Of a DNA stretch of 64,000 nt, positions 16,670-26,947 are shown one piece after another. This DNA comes from SAR324 cluster bacterium SAR324-CTD7B (lineage in GTDB: Bacteria; SAR324; NAC60-12): positions 813 through 64,812 of the forward strand of contig LSNO01000017.1 in assembly GCA_002082305.1 (NCBI GenBank), written 5' to 3'. The notes under the pieces were generated by a model. The model searched no databases. It was not told the origin of the DNA and saw nothing but the letters and a program-made list of their open reading frames with translations. Numbering within the stretch: the first letter of the stretch is position 1; each line of letters starts with the position of its first letter. The position numbers and the translations under genes were made by a program.

Positions 16670-19318
16670 TTAATCATTCTGTGACGGCACTAGTTTCAAA
16701 ACATCCGTCCATGTCACGGCAAGTGCCGGAATTAAAATCATGGTTGCCAACGCACTGATATTTAATGTTAGCCAAATCATCCAGCTCAGTGTTACTAATG
16801 GTAAAAATTCTGAGACACTCAAAGCCAAAAAACCAAAACCTACAGTTACTGCATTAGACGTGATGGCTTTTCCACTGCGTCTGACCGTGTTTGATATTGC
16901 ATCATGTAGTTCTGTACCATCAGCTAATTCGTGAAACATGCTGGATAGGTAGTGAATACTGTAATCAACACCAATTCCAATCACAATACTGCTGACAAGG
17001 GCGGTACCTATGTCCAGATGAACACCAAAAAACCCCATTACTCCAAAATTAAACAGCACCGTAAAGACAAGGGGAATCATTCCCATTAATCCCCTGGAAA
17101 CTGAGCGAAAAATCAAAGCCAGCATTAAAAATACAGCTAATATAGAACCGCTCAAACTTCGGATTTGACTAGTCACTACTTCATTGCTTGTTGCAACATT
17201 TATCGGCACCATTCCTGATGAAGTCATGCTAAAACCCTGCGGAAACTGCCGGACCGCATAATCTTCAATACTCTGCAGAAGTTTTTCCTCTTCCGTAGTT
17301 GAATTAGAACTGATAGTAACTGCCAAATTTAAATTTAGATACTCGCTGTCAACCACGTCGGAAAGTACATCACCTCCGGAATTTTCATAGAGCACAAGAT
17401 ACTGTGCTATCAAATCCCGCCCACTGATTTCTCTCTTTACAGTTCGCTTTTCGGTTTGGCCGTTTTCTTCAAATATCTCCTCACTTTCCAGAAATTCAAA
17501 TCCGTTCGGTAGTCGATTAAATTCTTTGCGATTCTCATTAAAAGCATAGCTGATACGCTTAATCAAATCAACAAGCGAGAGTGTCCGCTTGACCCTTGGT
17601 TCATTTGCTAAAAATTCCTGAAATTCTTCAACGACTTTCAAGTTATCCGGATTTTTCCAAGGTTCTTCTTCACCTGATTTTGTGATCACAATGTTGATCG
17701 TACGGCTTCCAGACATTTTTTCCATAGCACGGTTTGCAATCACCAAAGGTGCATCTGCCTGAAAATAACTTTCCAAACTGCTTTCCACTTTCACTTGTGA
17801 AAGTCCATAAATTGAAATTGCGGAAATCGCTAGTGCTGCCAACAAAACTGGTCGTGCGTTTCGTAGAACCCATGCTGTCATAACGTCAAGAGACTTTTGA
17901 AAAAGACGATCCATGAAATTCACCTGATGTACTCCTCTGGAAAGGTTTTCATCTGTTCCGGAACCTTCCTGAGACGCTGATACTTTTTCCGGAAGTACCA
18001 TCAGCAATGCGGGAATAAATATCAGAGAAAGGACCATTGCCAGTAATGTTCCAACGGCAACAAAAATTCCAAACGTAAAAATCGGTACTATGTCGCTGAC
18101 TGTGAGCGATAAAAAACCAACTGCCGTTGTGATTGAAGTCATTGTCACAGGTAGAGCAAGTTTATCCAGCATCAAACAGACAGCTTTTTCACGGGGAAGT
18201 CCCTCTATACGATTTTCACGGTATTCAGAAAACATGTGAATTCCGTCTGCGACTCCAATCGAAATCAGGAAAACCGGCAAAGCCGAGGTGATGGTATTGA
18301 GAGGAACCTCAAAAACAACCATAATTGCCAGCGTAAACAATATCGAAAATCCAACCACCAGCATTGGAACAGCAACCCCGCTTGGTCTCCTGAATGTCAG
18401 CCAAAGGAAAAAGACTGCCAGCAAAGCAACAAAAGGGAAAAAGCGCTGAGTGTCCTGATCAATCACTGTACGCAGAGTGGCGGCAACAATGGGAAACCCT
18501 GCAATATAATGCTTATCAATTCCAGGGTTTTCCTCAAAAATACGTTCCAATGCAATATAAGTTGAATACAGAATCTCAGAATCATCTTCGTCCATTGCCA
18601 ATTCAACAAAAATTCCTGTACGCCGCCCGTCTTCGCTGAAGAAGGAATTCCTGAACAAATCATTTTCTAAAACTCTGCGGCGCAAACTTTTCATCTCTCC
18701 CGGAGTTCCTGGAATTACTTCAAATATCTTCTCAATCGTCAACCCCTCCTCTGAACCATAAATATCATCAGTGTTCGAAATCGATGTCACCTCCACTACC
18801 GGAGCAGAACGAACTTCAATATTCCGGAGCAGGGAATTCCATTCCGGAAACCAGCGGCCTTCATTTTCCAGAGTTTCTCTCATTTCTTCAAACTCCATCC
18901 AGAACATGTCATTTAGATCTTTAACTTCTTTCGGAAGCAGCTTTTGCAGACGTAGACCTTCTTTTCCGGACATTTGTTCTGCTATTACATTCAAAGCCTC
19001 CAAGTCTTCAGTTGAAAGCAACTGCATGTTTTGTATTGCTTCGGTCAGTCGTTGGATCCGTTCCAGCGTATTGGTTTTAAAGATCGTGTCCTTAGCTTCC
19101 AGCATGATAAAAACACCAGAATTTGTACCAGTAAAATCTTCACGAAGCTGCTGCAGCGCTTGACGTGCAGGATGGCTGACTGGCAGAAGATGGGGACTGG
19201 GATCATTTTTAAGAAACAACAAGCTGGGAACAACTGACGCTCCCAGGAATAGAGTTAAAAACAGAATTCGTTTGGGATAGCGCACAACCCAGCCTTGAAT
19301 TATTTTCAGAGGAGTCAC
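16670..19318 (-). CDS. MMPL/RND-superfamily transporter (HpnN-like lipid exporter family)
   Basis: 882 aa with two 6-TM bundles, each followed or preceded by a large periplasmic loop. Repeated 'GIGVDxxIH' motifs ('SIGVADGIHMF', 'GIGVDYSIHYL') are typical of MMPL/SSD transporters. Confidence 0.85.
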   Translation of the reverse strand: MTPLKIIQGWVVRYPKRILFLTLFLGASVVPSLLFLKNDPSPHLLPVSHPARQALQQLREDFTGTNSGVFIMLEAKDTIFKTNTLERIQRLTEAIQNMQLLSTEDLEALNVIAEQMSGKEGLRLQKLLPKEVKDLNDMFWMEFEEMRETLENEGRWFPEWNSLLRNIEVRSAPVVEVTSISNTDDIYGSEEGLTIEKIFEVIPGTPGEMKSLRRRVLENDLFRNSFFSEDGRRTGIFVELAMDEDDSEILYSTYIALERIFEENPGIDKHYIAGFPIVAATLRTVIDQDTQRFFPFVALLAVFFLWLTFRRPSGVAVPMLVVGFSILFTLAIMVVFEVPLNTITSALPVFLISIGVADGIHMFSEYRENRIEGLPREKAVCLMLDKLALPVTMTSITTAVGFLSLTVSDIVPIFTFGIFVAVGTLLAMVLSLIFIPALLMVLPEKVSASQEGSGTDENLSRGVHQVNFMDRLFQKSLDVMTAWVLRNARPVLLAALAISAISIYGLSQVKVESSLESYFQADAPLVIANRAMEKMSGSRTINIVITKSGEEEPWKNPDNLKVVEEFQEFLANEPRVKRTLSLVDLIKRISYAFNENRKEFNRLPNGFEFLESEEIFEENGQTEKRTVKREISGRDLIAQYLVLYENSGGDVLSDVVDSEYLNLNLAVTISSNSTTEEEKLLQSIEDYAVRQFPQGFSMTSSGMVPINVATSNEVVTSQIRSLSGSILAVFLMLALIFRSVSRGLMGMIPLVFTVLFNFGVMGFFGVHLDIGTALVSSIVIGIGVDYSIHYLSSMFHELADGTELHDAISNTVRRSGKAITSNAVTVGFGFLALSVSEFLPLVTLSWMIWLTLNISALATMILIPALAVTWTDVLKLVPSQND

Positions 19319-19799
19319 GTTTGGTCCAAATTAAATTTAATGTAGGTACTTTGAATTTGAATAAATTATGGGCCCTGGTCAGTTTGAATACTTCAATTTG
19401 TGCTGAAAACAACCACCTGATAAATTCGGGGGAGATGGCTTACTCAGTCATTTAAGCAAACATTTTTAATACTTTATAGACCTGCACAGCAAAAACATAA
19501 AGCAAAGAACTGGTTCAATAAGATGGCTGTGTCTCAAATACCAAAATGGATTCTGGTATCATTCATAATACAACTGGTAAATGCATAAATGCAGAATTAT
19601 ATTATCAAAAATTCAGTTAAACAGGCAAGTTGTGAATTAATTCAGTTTGTAATTGTTGAACAGATTTCTTCCTTTCTATGATTGAAATAATAATAGACAT
19701 AGGTTAGTATAAATTGTTAATTATTCCCCGGGGAAAAAAGCTAAAAACCTTTGGAAAAAGTTCTAAAGTAAAAAGAAAAATCATTGAACAAACACAACT

Positions 19800-21383
19800 A
19801 TGCTGCTGGAAGAACAACTACCACGAATCCAAAAGTTGATCAAAGAAAAGCTGGGGAATTTACCGACTGATGCCCTGAAAAACGAAGTTGTGATGCGAAC
19901 TGCTTTTAGACGCTTGTATCAGGCTTTGCCGCGCATGATTAGACTGGCAGTTGGCGAACAGGGTTTTGTTGAATTTTGTATGGCAAATCGTGAGCGTCTG
20001 CTGAATGTAGGAAGTACTGTTTCAAAAAAATTCTCTGCAACAGAAACTGCAGAAGCAGAATTAAAGAAGACCAGCACTGAAAAAGAGTCGGAATTGAAAC
20101 TAAATAACAACCCAAAAGCCGCTGATCTTCTGGCAACTGCACAAAAGGTATTTTTACCAACATATGCACCAAACCTGATTTTAACCCACAGTAAAGGAGC
20201 ACTAATTTGGGACAGTGACGGAAATGAGTATATTGATTTAGGTTCAGGTATTTCTGTCAACAGCTTAGGTCACCTTGACTCAGACCTACTGCAGGCACTT
20301 AATATACAAGCTGGGAAAATATGGCATACGACCAATCTTTATCTTACAGAACCAGCAATTAAGCTGGCTGAAGAATTAGTGAAAGCTACATTTGCAGATC
20401 GGGTTTTTTTCTGCAATTCAGGAGCAGAAGCTAATGAGGCGGCAATTAAAATTGCACGAAAATATTCAAGTTTAAGTCAACCAGCAGGGAAACGGGAAAT
20501 ATTGACTTTTGAAGGTTCCTTCCACGGACGAACTTTAGCAACAGTTACTGCAACTGCACAGCCAAAATATCAACAGGGATTTGAGCCGCTTCCCGGAGGA
20601 TTCCGCTACTGTCCATTTAATGATTTTGATACAGCAACCGAAATGATTGGGCCACAAACCTGCGCAGTACTGATTGAGCCAATCCAAGGTGAAGGCGGTG
20701 TCAATCCTGTAAAACCAGGATTTTTGTCCCATTTAAGAAAACTTTGTGACCAGCATGATGTACTGCTGATTTTTGATGAAATTCAGTGTGGGATGGGTCG
20801 TACAGGAAAATTATTCGGCTACCAGTGGGAAAATTCTGAAGATTCTGAACAGCCGGATAATTCAGTGACAAATCTGAAACCGGATATTGTTACCATGGCC
20901 AAGGCTTTGGGTGGTGGACTGCCCATTGGCGCAATGCTTTGCACTGAAAAGGTTGCGCAAACCTTCAAACCCGGAGACCATGGAACAACATTTGGAGGGA
21001 ACCCGATTGTCACTGCTGTTGCCGGTGCTGCATTCCGAAAAGTTAATACTCCGGAAATGATGGAGCAGGTACAGAAAAAAGGCTTAGTTATCAAAAATAA
21101 CCTGGAAGCACTCAACGATGAACTTAGTTTGTTTGAAACAATTCGTGGTCGTGGAATGATGCTTGGTGCCGTGTTATCAAAGGCCTGGAAAGGTAAAGCC
21201 TCCACAATGGTCACAGCCTGCCAGGAAGAGGGCGTTTTGGTTTTGGTTGCTGGACCGGATGTATTGCGTTTTTTGCCGCCGTTGAATATTTCAACTGCAG
21301 ATCTGCAAACTGCCTTGGATCGGGTCGGCAAAGCCCTGAAAAATTTACATGCGGACGAGTTGTCATCCTCCACAAAAACTTAA
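19800..21383 (+). CDS. argD: class-III aminotransferase (acetylornithine aminotransferase-like) with ~98-aa N-terminal extension
   Basis: The core from 'VFLPTYAPNLILTHSKGALIWDSDGNEYIDLGSGISVNSLGH' through 'FCNSGAEANEAAIKIAR', 'IFDEIQCGMGRTGK' and 'TMAKALGGGLPIGA' (PLP Lys) matches ArgD. The first ~98 aa are unrelated. An alternative TTG start lies at 20094. Confidence 0.82.
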   Translation: MLLEEQLPRIQKLIKEKLGNLPTDALKNEVVMRTAFRRLYQALPRMIRLAVGEQGFVEFCMANRERLLNVGSTVSKKFSATETAEAELKKTSTEKESELKLNNNPKAADLLATAQKVFLPTYAPNLILTHSKGALIWDSDGNEYIDLGSGISVNSLGHLDSDLLQALNIQAGKIWHTTNLYLTEPAIKLAEELVKATFADRVFFCNSGAEANEAAIKIARKYSSLSQPAGKREILTFEGSFHGRTLATVTATAQPKYQQGFEPLPGGFRYCPFNDFDTATEMIGPQTCAVLIEPIQGEGGVNPVKPGFLSHLRKLCDQHDVLLIFDEIQCGMGRTGKLFGYQWENSEDSEQPDNSVTNLKPDIVTMAKALGGGLPIGAMLCTEKVAQTFKPGDHGTTFGGNPIVTAVAGAAFRKVNTPEMMEQVQKKGLVIKNNLEALNDELSLFETIRGRGMMLGAVLSKAWKGKASTMVTACQEEGVLVLVAGPDVLRFLPPLNISTADLQTALDRVGKALKNLHADELSSSTKT

Positions 21384-21419
21384 TTTCACATATAACTTTT
21401 TATAATCAAAAAACTTAAA

Positions 21420-22511
21420 ATGGGAAAAGTGGCATTTATCACAGGCATCACCGGTCAGGACGGAGCTTATCTTGCCGAGCTTCTTCTCAAAAAGGGATAC
21501 ATAGTTCATGGGCTTAAAAGACGCTCCTCCAGTTTTAATACAGGCAGAATAGACCATTTGTATCAGGACCCCCATGTAAGTAAACGTAATTTTATTTTGC
21601 ATCACGGTGACCTGACTGATTCCACTAATTTGATCCGGATAATTCAGGAAATACAACCAGATGAAATATATAATCTTGCTGCACAAAGTCACGTTCATGT
21701 TTCTTTTGAAACACCGGAATACACTGCAAATGCAGATGGACTTGGGACTTTAAGAATCCTTGAGGCAATCAAGCTTTTGGGAATGGTTGAAAAAACCAAG
21801 TTTTACCAGGCCTCTACAAGTGAACTATACGGAATGTCCCAGGAAAGACCTCAAAACGAGAATACGCCTTTTTATCCTCGTTCACCTTATGCTGTTGCCA
21901 AATTATATGGATACTGGATCACAGTCAATTATCGTGAAGCCTATAACATGTATGCCTGCAACGGTATTCTCTTCAATCATGAGTCACCTGTTCGAGGAGA
22001 AACTTTCGTTACCAGAAAAATTACCCGTGCGGCTGTTCGAATTTCAATGGGTACTCAAGAGCAAGTATATCTGGGGAACTTGGATGCAAAGCGGGACTGG
22101 GGTCATGCAGGCGATTTTGTAGATGGTATGTGGCGTATGTTGCAACAGGAAAAGCCGGAGGACTTTGTGCTGGCTACCGGAGTAACAACCACAATCCGTG
22201 AATTTGCTGAGAGAGCTTTTGCAGAAGTTGGAATCACCCTGGGATGGTCCGGAAGAGGTGTTGATGAAGTAGGTCGTGATACTAAAACAGGAAATACTGT
22301 TGTTTCTGTCGATCCCACTTATTTCAGACCGACTGAAGTTGATTTACTGATTGGTGATGCTACTAAAGCCAGAAAAAAACTGGGTTGGAAACCGACACTT
22401 GATTTACAGCAAATGATTGAAGAAATGATTGCGGCAGATCTCGAAGAGGCTCGCAAAGATCAGCACCTGCAAAGTGGGGGGTTTAAGACTATTGGAGTAA
22501 ATGAAGATTGA
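21420..22511 (+). CDS. gmd: GDP-mannose 4,6-dehydratase
   Basis: 363 aa with '[19 protein letters not shown]', '[11 protein letters not shown]', '[12 protein letters not shown]' and '[19 protein letters not shown]', near-canonical Gmd motifs. Confidence 0.95.
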   Translation: MGKVAFITGITGQDGAYLAELLLKKGYIVHGLKRRSSSFNTGRIDHLYQDPHVSKRNFILHHGDLTDSTNLIRIIQEIQPDEIYNLAAQSHVHVSFETPEYTANADGLGTLRILEAIKLLGMVEKTKFYQASTSELYGMSQERPQNENTPFYPRSPYAVAKLYGYWITVNYREAYNMYACNGILFNHESPVRGETFVTRKITRAAVRISMGTQEQVYLGNLDAKRDWGHAGDFVDGMWRMLQQEKPEDFVLATGVTTTIREFAERAFAEVGITLGWSGRGVDEVGRDTKTGNTVVSVDPTYFRPTEVDLLIGDATKARKKLGWKPTLDLQQMIEEMIAADLEEARKDQHLQSGGFKTIGVNED

Positions 22512-22599
22512 TACTTTTTAAAATAACTCTGTGAACTCATGAAAAGTAAAAATATTGTCTGTCTAAATCTATATCCGGAAACTAGCAAAAGGATCTTTC

Positions 22600-23274
22600 A
22601 TGATTAATCTCAGTTCTATGTTTGCAAAGTCGCCCTTCAAACCACTGAGGGATCACATGGACAAAGTGGTTGAAAGTGTTGCCCCGCTTAAAGATTTTTT
22701 TGATGCACTGCATCAGGGAAACTATTCAAAAGTCGAAGAAATTCAGCAGCAAATATCACTTGCTGAAGAAGAAGCAGATATAATCAAAAACGAGGTCCGC
22801 AACCATCTACCCCGTAGTATTTTCATGCCCATTAATCGTCGGGATTTATTGGAAATGCTTGACATGCAGGACACCATTGCAGATGTAACACAGGACATCG
22901 TCAATTTACTTACCCTCAGAAGAATGTGCCTGCCGACTGATTTGTGTCAGGAACTTATTCAGTTTGTAGAAAAAAGTCAGCAAGTCTGTTACATGGCACA
23001 GGGTCTCTCTCAAGAATTTGGAGATGTGCTTGAATCAGGATTTGGGAGACATGAGATCGACAAATTATTAAAAATGATTGATGAGGTTTCAAATGCGGAA
23101 ACAGAAGCAGACGATTTAGAAGATGCACTGGTACGTAGAATGTTTGATATAGAAGACAGTATGAAGGCTGTAGACGTGGTCTTTTGGTATAAAATTTTTG
23201 AATTGATTGGTGACATTGCTGATTATTCCAAAAAAACAGGAAACCGTTTACGTTTGATGATTGCTTCAAACTAA
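22600..23274 (+). CDS. DUF47 / PhoU-like phosphate transport regulator
   Basis: 224 aa. N-terminus 'FAKSPFKPLRDHMDKV' and C-terminus 'FELIGDIADYSKKTGNRLRLM' are typical of the TIGR00153/DUF47 family that pairs with Pit transporters. Confidence 0.85.
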   Translation: MINLSSMFAKSPFKPLRDHMDKVVESVAPLKDFFDALHQGNYSKVEEIQQQISLAEEEADIIKNEVRNHLPRSIFMPINRRDLLEMLDMQDTIADVTQDIVNLLTLRRMCLPTDLCQELIQFVEKSQQVCYMAQGLSQEFGDVLESGFGRHEIDKLLKMIDEVSNAETEADDLEDALVRRMFDIEDSMKAVDVVFWYKIFELIGDIADYSKKTGNRLRLMIASN

Positions 23275-23314
23275 CAATTAATTCTGACTTTTCATTCAAT
23301 AATAATGGGAAATA

Positions 23315-24574
23315 ATGCTTGTTGAATACGGTTCAGTTTTTATGATCCTGGCTGTGGTTCTGGGTTTCTACATGTCCTGGGGCATTGGGGCAAATGATGT
23401 TGCAAACGCAATGGGAACATCTGTAGGATCGGGAGCAATCAGCGTCAAACAGGCCATTATTATTGCAGCAATTTTTGAATTTTCTGGTGCATTCCTTGCC
23501 GGAGGTCATGTTACAAAAACAATCCGGAAAAGCATTATAGATCCTACTCCAATCATGGATCAGCCTGAGATTCTGGTCTGGGGAATGTTATCGGCCCTGC
23601 TTGCAGCCGCACTATGGTTAACATTCGCCAGTTGGATGGGCTGGCCCGTTTCTACCACGCATAGTATAATTGGTGCAATAGTAGGATTTGCAGTGGTCGG
23701 CATTGGAGTCGATGCTGTTAACTGGTCAAAAATAGGAACAATAGTCCTCAGTTGGATTGTTTCACCGCTTGTCGGCGGAACACTCGCATACCTCCTGATG
23801 CGAAGTATTCAGAAATTTATTCTTGATTCAGACACTCCTTTTCTGAACGCAAAACGATATGCACCGGTTTATGTCTTTCTTGTTGGATTTTTGCTTTCGC
23901 TGGTAACTCTTTTCAAAGGATTAAAGCATTTAGATATTACTTTTAGTGTCGGACAAAGTTTTTTTGCTGCAGTAATTTTCGGAGTTATAGTAGCAGTAAT
24001 TGTCCGTTTTATGATCAATCGACTTAAAATGAAAGAAGCAGAGAGCATTCATGATCAGTTTACTCAAATTGAAAAGATTTTTGGCATAATGATGATCTTC
24101 ACCGCATGCGCAATGGCTTTTGCACATGGATCAAATGACGTTGCCAATGGTATTGGTCCAATGGCTGCAATTGTCAGTATTGTGGAAAGCGGTGGCGAAA
24201 TGGCCCAGAAATCAAATCTGCCACTTTGGATTTTATTGACAGGCGCTGTAGGAATAGTTCTTGGATTATCGACTTTGGGTTATCGGGTGATGCAAACAAT
24301 CGGCAGTAAAATCACTGAGCTCGTGCCTACACGTGGCTTTTCCGCAGAACTTGCAGCTGCAGCTACAGTGGTAATTGCCTCCCGGACTGGAATTCCAGTT
24401 TCAACTACTCAAATTGCAGTTGGTGCCGTAATGGGAGTCGGACTGGCACGCGGAATTGGTGCCCTGGATTTGAGGGTTGTAGGTGGAATTTTCATGTCAT
24501 GGGTTATTACACTGCCAGTCGGGGCCCTCTTGTCAATTTTCTTCTTCTTCTTTTTTCGAGGAGTGTTTCTATAA
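23315..24574 (+). CDS. pit: inorganic phosphate transporter, PiT family
   Basis: 419 aa with the duplicated PiT signature 'GANDVANAMGTSVGS' and 'GSNDVANGIGPMAAI', and about 10 TM helices. Confidence 0.92.
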   Translation: MLVEYGSVFMILAVVLGFYMSWGIGANDVANAMGTSVGSGAISVKQAIIIAAIFEFSGAFLAGGHVTKTIRKSIIDPTPIMDQPEILVWGMLSALLAAALWLTFASWMGWPVSTTHSIIGAIVGFAVVGIGVDAVNWSKIGTIVLSWIVSPLVGGTLAYLLMRSIQKFILDSDTPFLNAKRYAPVYVFLVGFLLSLVTLFKGLKHLDITFSVGQSFFAAVIFGVIVAVIVRFMINRLKMKEAESIHDQFTQIEKIFGIMMIFTACAMAFAHGSNDVANGIGPMAAIVSIVESGGEMAQKSNLPLWILLTGAVGIVLGLSTLGYRVMQTIGSKITELVPTRGFSAELAAAATVVIASRTGIPVSTTQIAVGAVMGVGLARGIGALDLRVVGGIFMSWVITLPVGALLSIFFFFFFRGVFL

Positions 24575-24618
24575 CCAGAATATCTAGAGGCAGAATAAAA
24601 TAAAAAAATTGTTATTTA

Positions 24619-25857
24619 TCAAATTTTCAAACGGACTACGTTCAGTGGCTGGACTTGGGAAATTCCAGAAACATCAGCTGATTGTTCTGCTGCTTCTGAA
24701 CACGCAAAACGAAAAAGTCTGCTGGGATTTGCTCTTTTTACCGGCTTGTTGTTCAAGTCCTTCATTTCCTGGGTTGAAATCTTGATCACTCCTCCGTCAA
24801 ATGTCAAAATTTCCAAGGTCTTATTTCGGTCAAAAGAATTATGAGTCAGCATGGTGAAAGACTTTCCGTCTTCAACTTCCATCACAGTTCCTGCAATCTC
24901 ATAGCCGGAATTCCTCCCGTTCCGCTCACCTTGATAAACACTTTCAGCATCTGCTTCATTATTTAGGGAACCATCTGTGTAGCCTCTGTGTGGAATTTTT
25001 TCCAACATGCCGGACAACTCTTGAAGTTTCTCGGACCATTGCTCTTGTAGGGTTGAATTACACCATTTTAATGCGAGAGCATATGCACTTGTGGTTGTTG
25101 CTGCATACAGAGGACTTTTCATGCGACCCTCTACTTTAATGCTGTCTACACCTATTTTGAGGAACTTTGGCAGCAAGTCAATGCCCCGCAAATCTTTTGA
25201 ACTCATCAATGAGCTCGGAGTATTATCCGGAGAATTAACTGCTACTGCATTGTTGACCGGAATTGCTGAATATGAAAAACGACAGCTTTGAATACATCCG
25301 CCACGATTACTGTCACGCCCGGCTGTGTAATTTGAGATTGTGCAGTTACCAGAATAAGCCATACACATTGCACCGTGAATGAATAGCTCAATCTCAATAT
25401 CGACTTCCTTCCGGATGCATCCGGCTTCTTCCAGAGATACTTCACGTCCCAATACAAGCCTTTTAACTCCCAGATTTTTCCAGACTTTTGCAGAATGAAT
25501 ATTTAAGCATGATGCCTGCGTGGAAAGATGCACCGGCAATTTTGAGTGCTGCTGAACAACCGTCAGCACACCAAGATCGGATACAATCACTGCATCCACA
25601 CTTGTTTTCTCTAAAAAGCGTACATATTCCGGAAGCTCTCTGAGTTCCTTATCATGTAAAAACGCATTTAATGTTACGTATGTTTTACAATTATTTAGAT
25701 GCGCAAATTTTATCCCTTCACACAACTCTGTATCCGAGAAATTATCTGAAGCTCCACGTAAACTAAATTTTGGACCTGCTAAATAAACTGCATCTGCACC
25801 ATACAGAACAGCAGTTTTTAATTTGTCTAAATTACCGGCTGGCGCAAGAAGTTCCAT
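24619..25857 (-). CDS. peptidase U32 family protein
   Basis: 412 aa with 'MELLAPAGNLDKLKTAVLYGADAVYL' and 'EIELFIHGAMCMAYSGNCTISNY', the U32 collagenase-like signature. Confidence 0.87.
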   Translation of the reverse strand: MELLAPAGNLDKLKTAVLYGADAVYLAGPKFSLRGASDNFSDTELCEGIKFAHLNNCKTYVTLNAFLHDKELRELPEYVRFLEKTSVDAVIVSDLGVLTVVQQHSKLPVHLSTQASCLNIHSAKVWKNLGVKRLVLGREVSLEEAGCIRKEVDIEIELFIHGAMCMAYSGNCTISNYTAGRDSNRGGCIQSCRFSYSAIPVNNAVAVNSPDNTPSSLMSSKDLRGIDLLPKFLKIGVDSIKVEGRMKSPLYAATTTSAYALALKWCNSTLQEQWSEKLQELSGMLEKIPHRGYTDGSLNNEADAESVYQGERNGRNSGYEIAGTVMEVEDGKSFTMLTHNSFDRNKTLEILTFDGGVIKISTQEMKDLNNKPVKRANPSRLFRFACSEAAEQSADVSGISQVQPLNVVRLKI

Positions 25858-25898
25858 AGAAAGTAAACATGTTTCTGAAGACAGGATTTATAATAAAT

Positions 25899-26897
25899 TC
25901 AAAGCTTTATACCAATTTTTTCACGTATCAGCGTGTGGGCATGTCCCTGGTAGCGTGGGCCGGTTTGTTCAATCACTGCCCCCGCCAAAACAGCTCCAAT
26001 ACGGCCGCTTTCAAGAGGAGAAAACTCATGAGTCATTCCGTAAAGGAAACCTGCCGCAAAGGCATCTCCGGCGCCGGTTGTGTCTTCCACACAAATCTGA
26101 GAGGGGTCGATGTAAAAAGTTTGACCAAGATGTGTAATCAAGGCACCGTTTGAGCCTAATGTCAATACAACCGTTTCAGTCCATTGTGATAAAATCTCCA
26201 CAGCTTCTTGTGTTACAGTTGTATCCAAAAGTGAAAATGCTTCTTCCTGATTGCAAAATACCATACTTACGTAACCTTGCAGCAGTTTTTTAAAATCATC
26301 CTTATGGCGGTTCACACAAAAAGGATCTGAAAGGCTCAGAGCAACTTTTATCTCACGTTTTTTTGCTTCATCCAAAGCATTTATTACTGTTTTTTTCTGC
26401 ACCTCTGTGTCCCATAAATATCCTGTAAGATACAGATATTTTGAAGCTTGAATAACTTCCGGGTCAATATCTGGCACCTGCAGTTCCTGACTCATTCCCA
26501 GATATGTATTCATCGCGCGTGATCCATCTTCACTTACCAGAATCAAGCTGCTTCCTGTGGTACCGTCTCCTTCTCCAAGTACAGCATTGACTCCGAGGTC
26601 TTCCAGTTTTTCCCGGTAAATCTTTCCATGCTCATCCCTGCCAATTTTACCGCTAAAAGCTGTTCGTCCTCCCAGTTGAGCTATGCCGATCATTGTATTT
26701 GCACCAGAACCTCCAGCAGCAAATTCTACCGATATTTTCCCTGCCGCCAAAGCCATTAAGAAAGTTTGCTGCTCTTCAAGGGTAATAAGATTCATACTGT
26801 TTTTATTCAAACCACGTTCTGTTAAAAACGAGTCTGGAACATGGCTCAATAAATCAATTAATGGATTGCAAACACCATATACATCTAAATTTTCCAT
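25899..26897 (-). CDS. PfkB-family carbohydrate/adenosine kinase
   Basis: 332 aa with 'AAGGSGANT' and C-terminal 'DTTGAGDAFAAGFLYG' (PfkB signature 2). Overall it resembles bacterial adenosine kinases. Confidence 0.82.
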   Translation of the reverse strand: MENLDVYGVCNPLIDLLSHVPDSFLTERGLNKNSMNLITLEEQQTFLMALAAGKISVEFAAGGSGANTMIGIAQLGGRTAFSGKIGRDEHGKIYREKLEDLGVNAVLGEGDGTTGSSLILVSEDGSRAMNTYLGMSQELQVPDIDPEVIQASKYLYLTGYLWDTEVQKKTVINALDEAKKREIKVALSLSDPFCVNRHKDDFKKLLQGYVSMVFCNQEEAFSLLDTTVTQEAVEILSQWTETVVLTLGSNGALITHLGQTFYIDPSQICVEDTTGAGDAFAAGFLYGMTHEFSPLESGRIGAVLAGAVIEQTGPRYQGHAHTLIREKIGIKL

Positions 26898-26947
26898 ATT
26901 ATTTATTTAATAATGTGGTGGGAAACAAAAAGATTTATTATATAAAA

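Noticed and set aside
24537-24558. (TTC)n/T-rich microsatellite at the 3' end of the pit gene, encoding FFFFFF.
   Set aside because: It is short, in frame and consistent with a hydrophobic C-terminal tail, with no evidence of phase variation.
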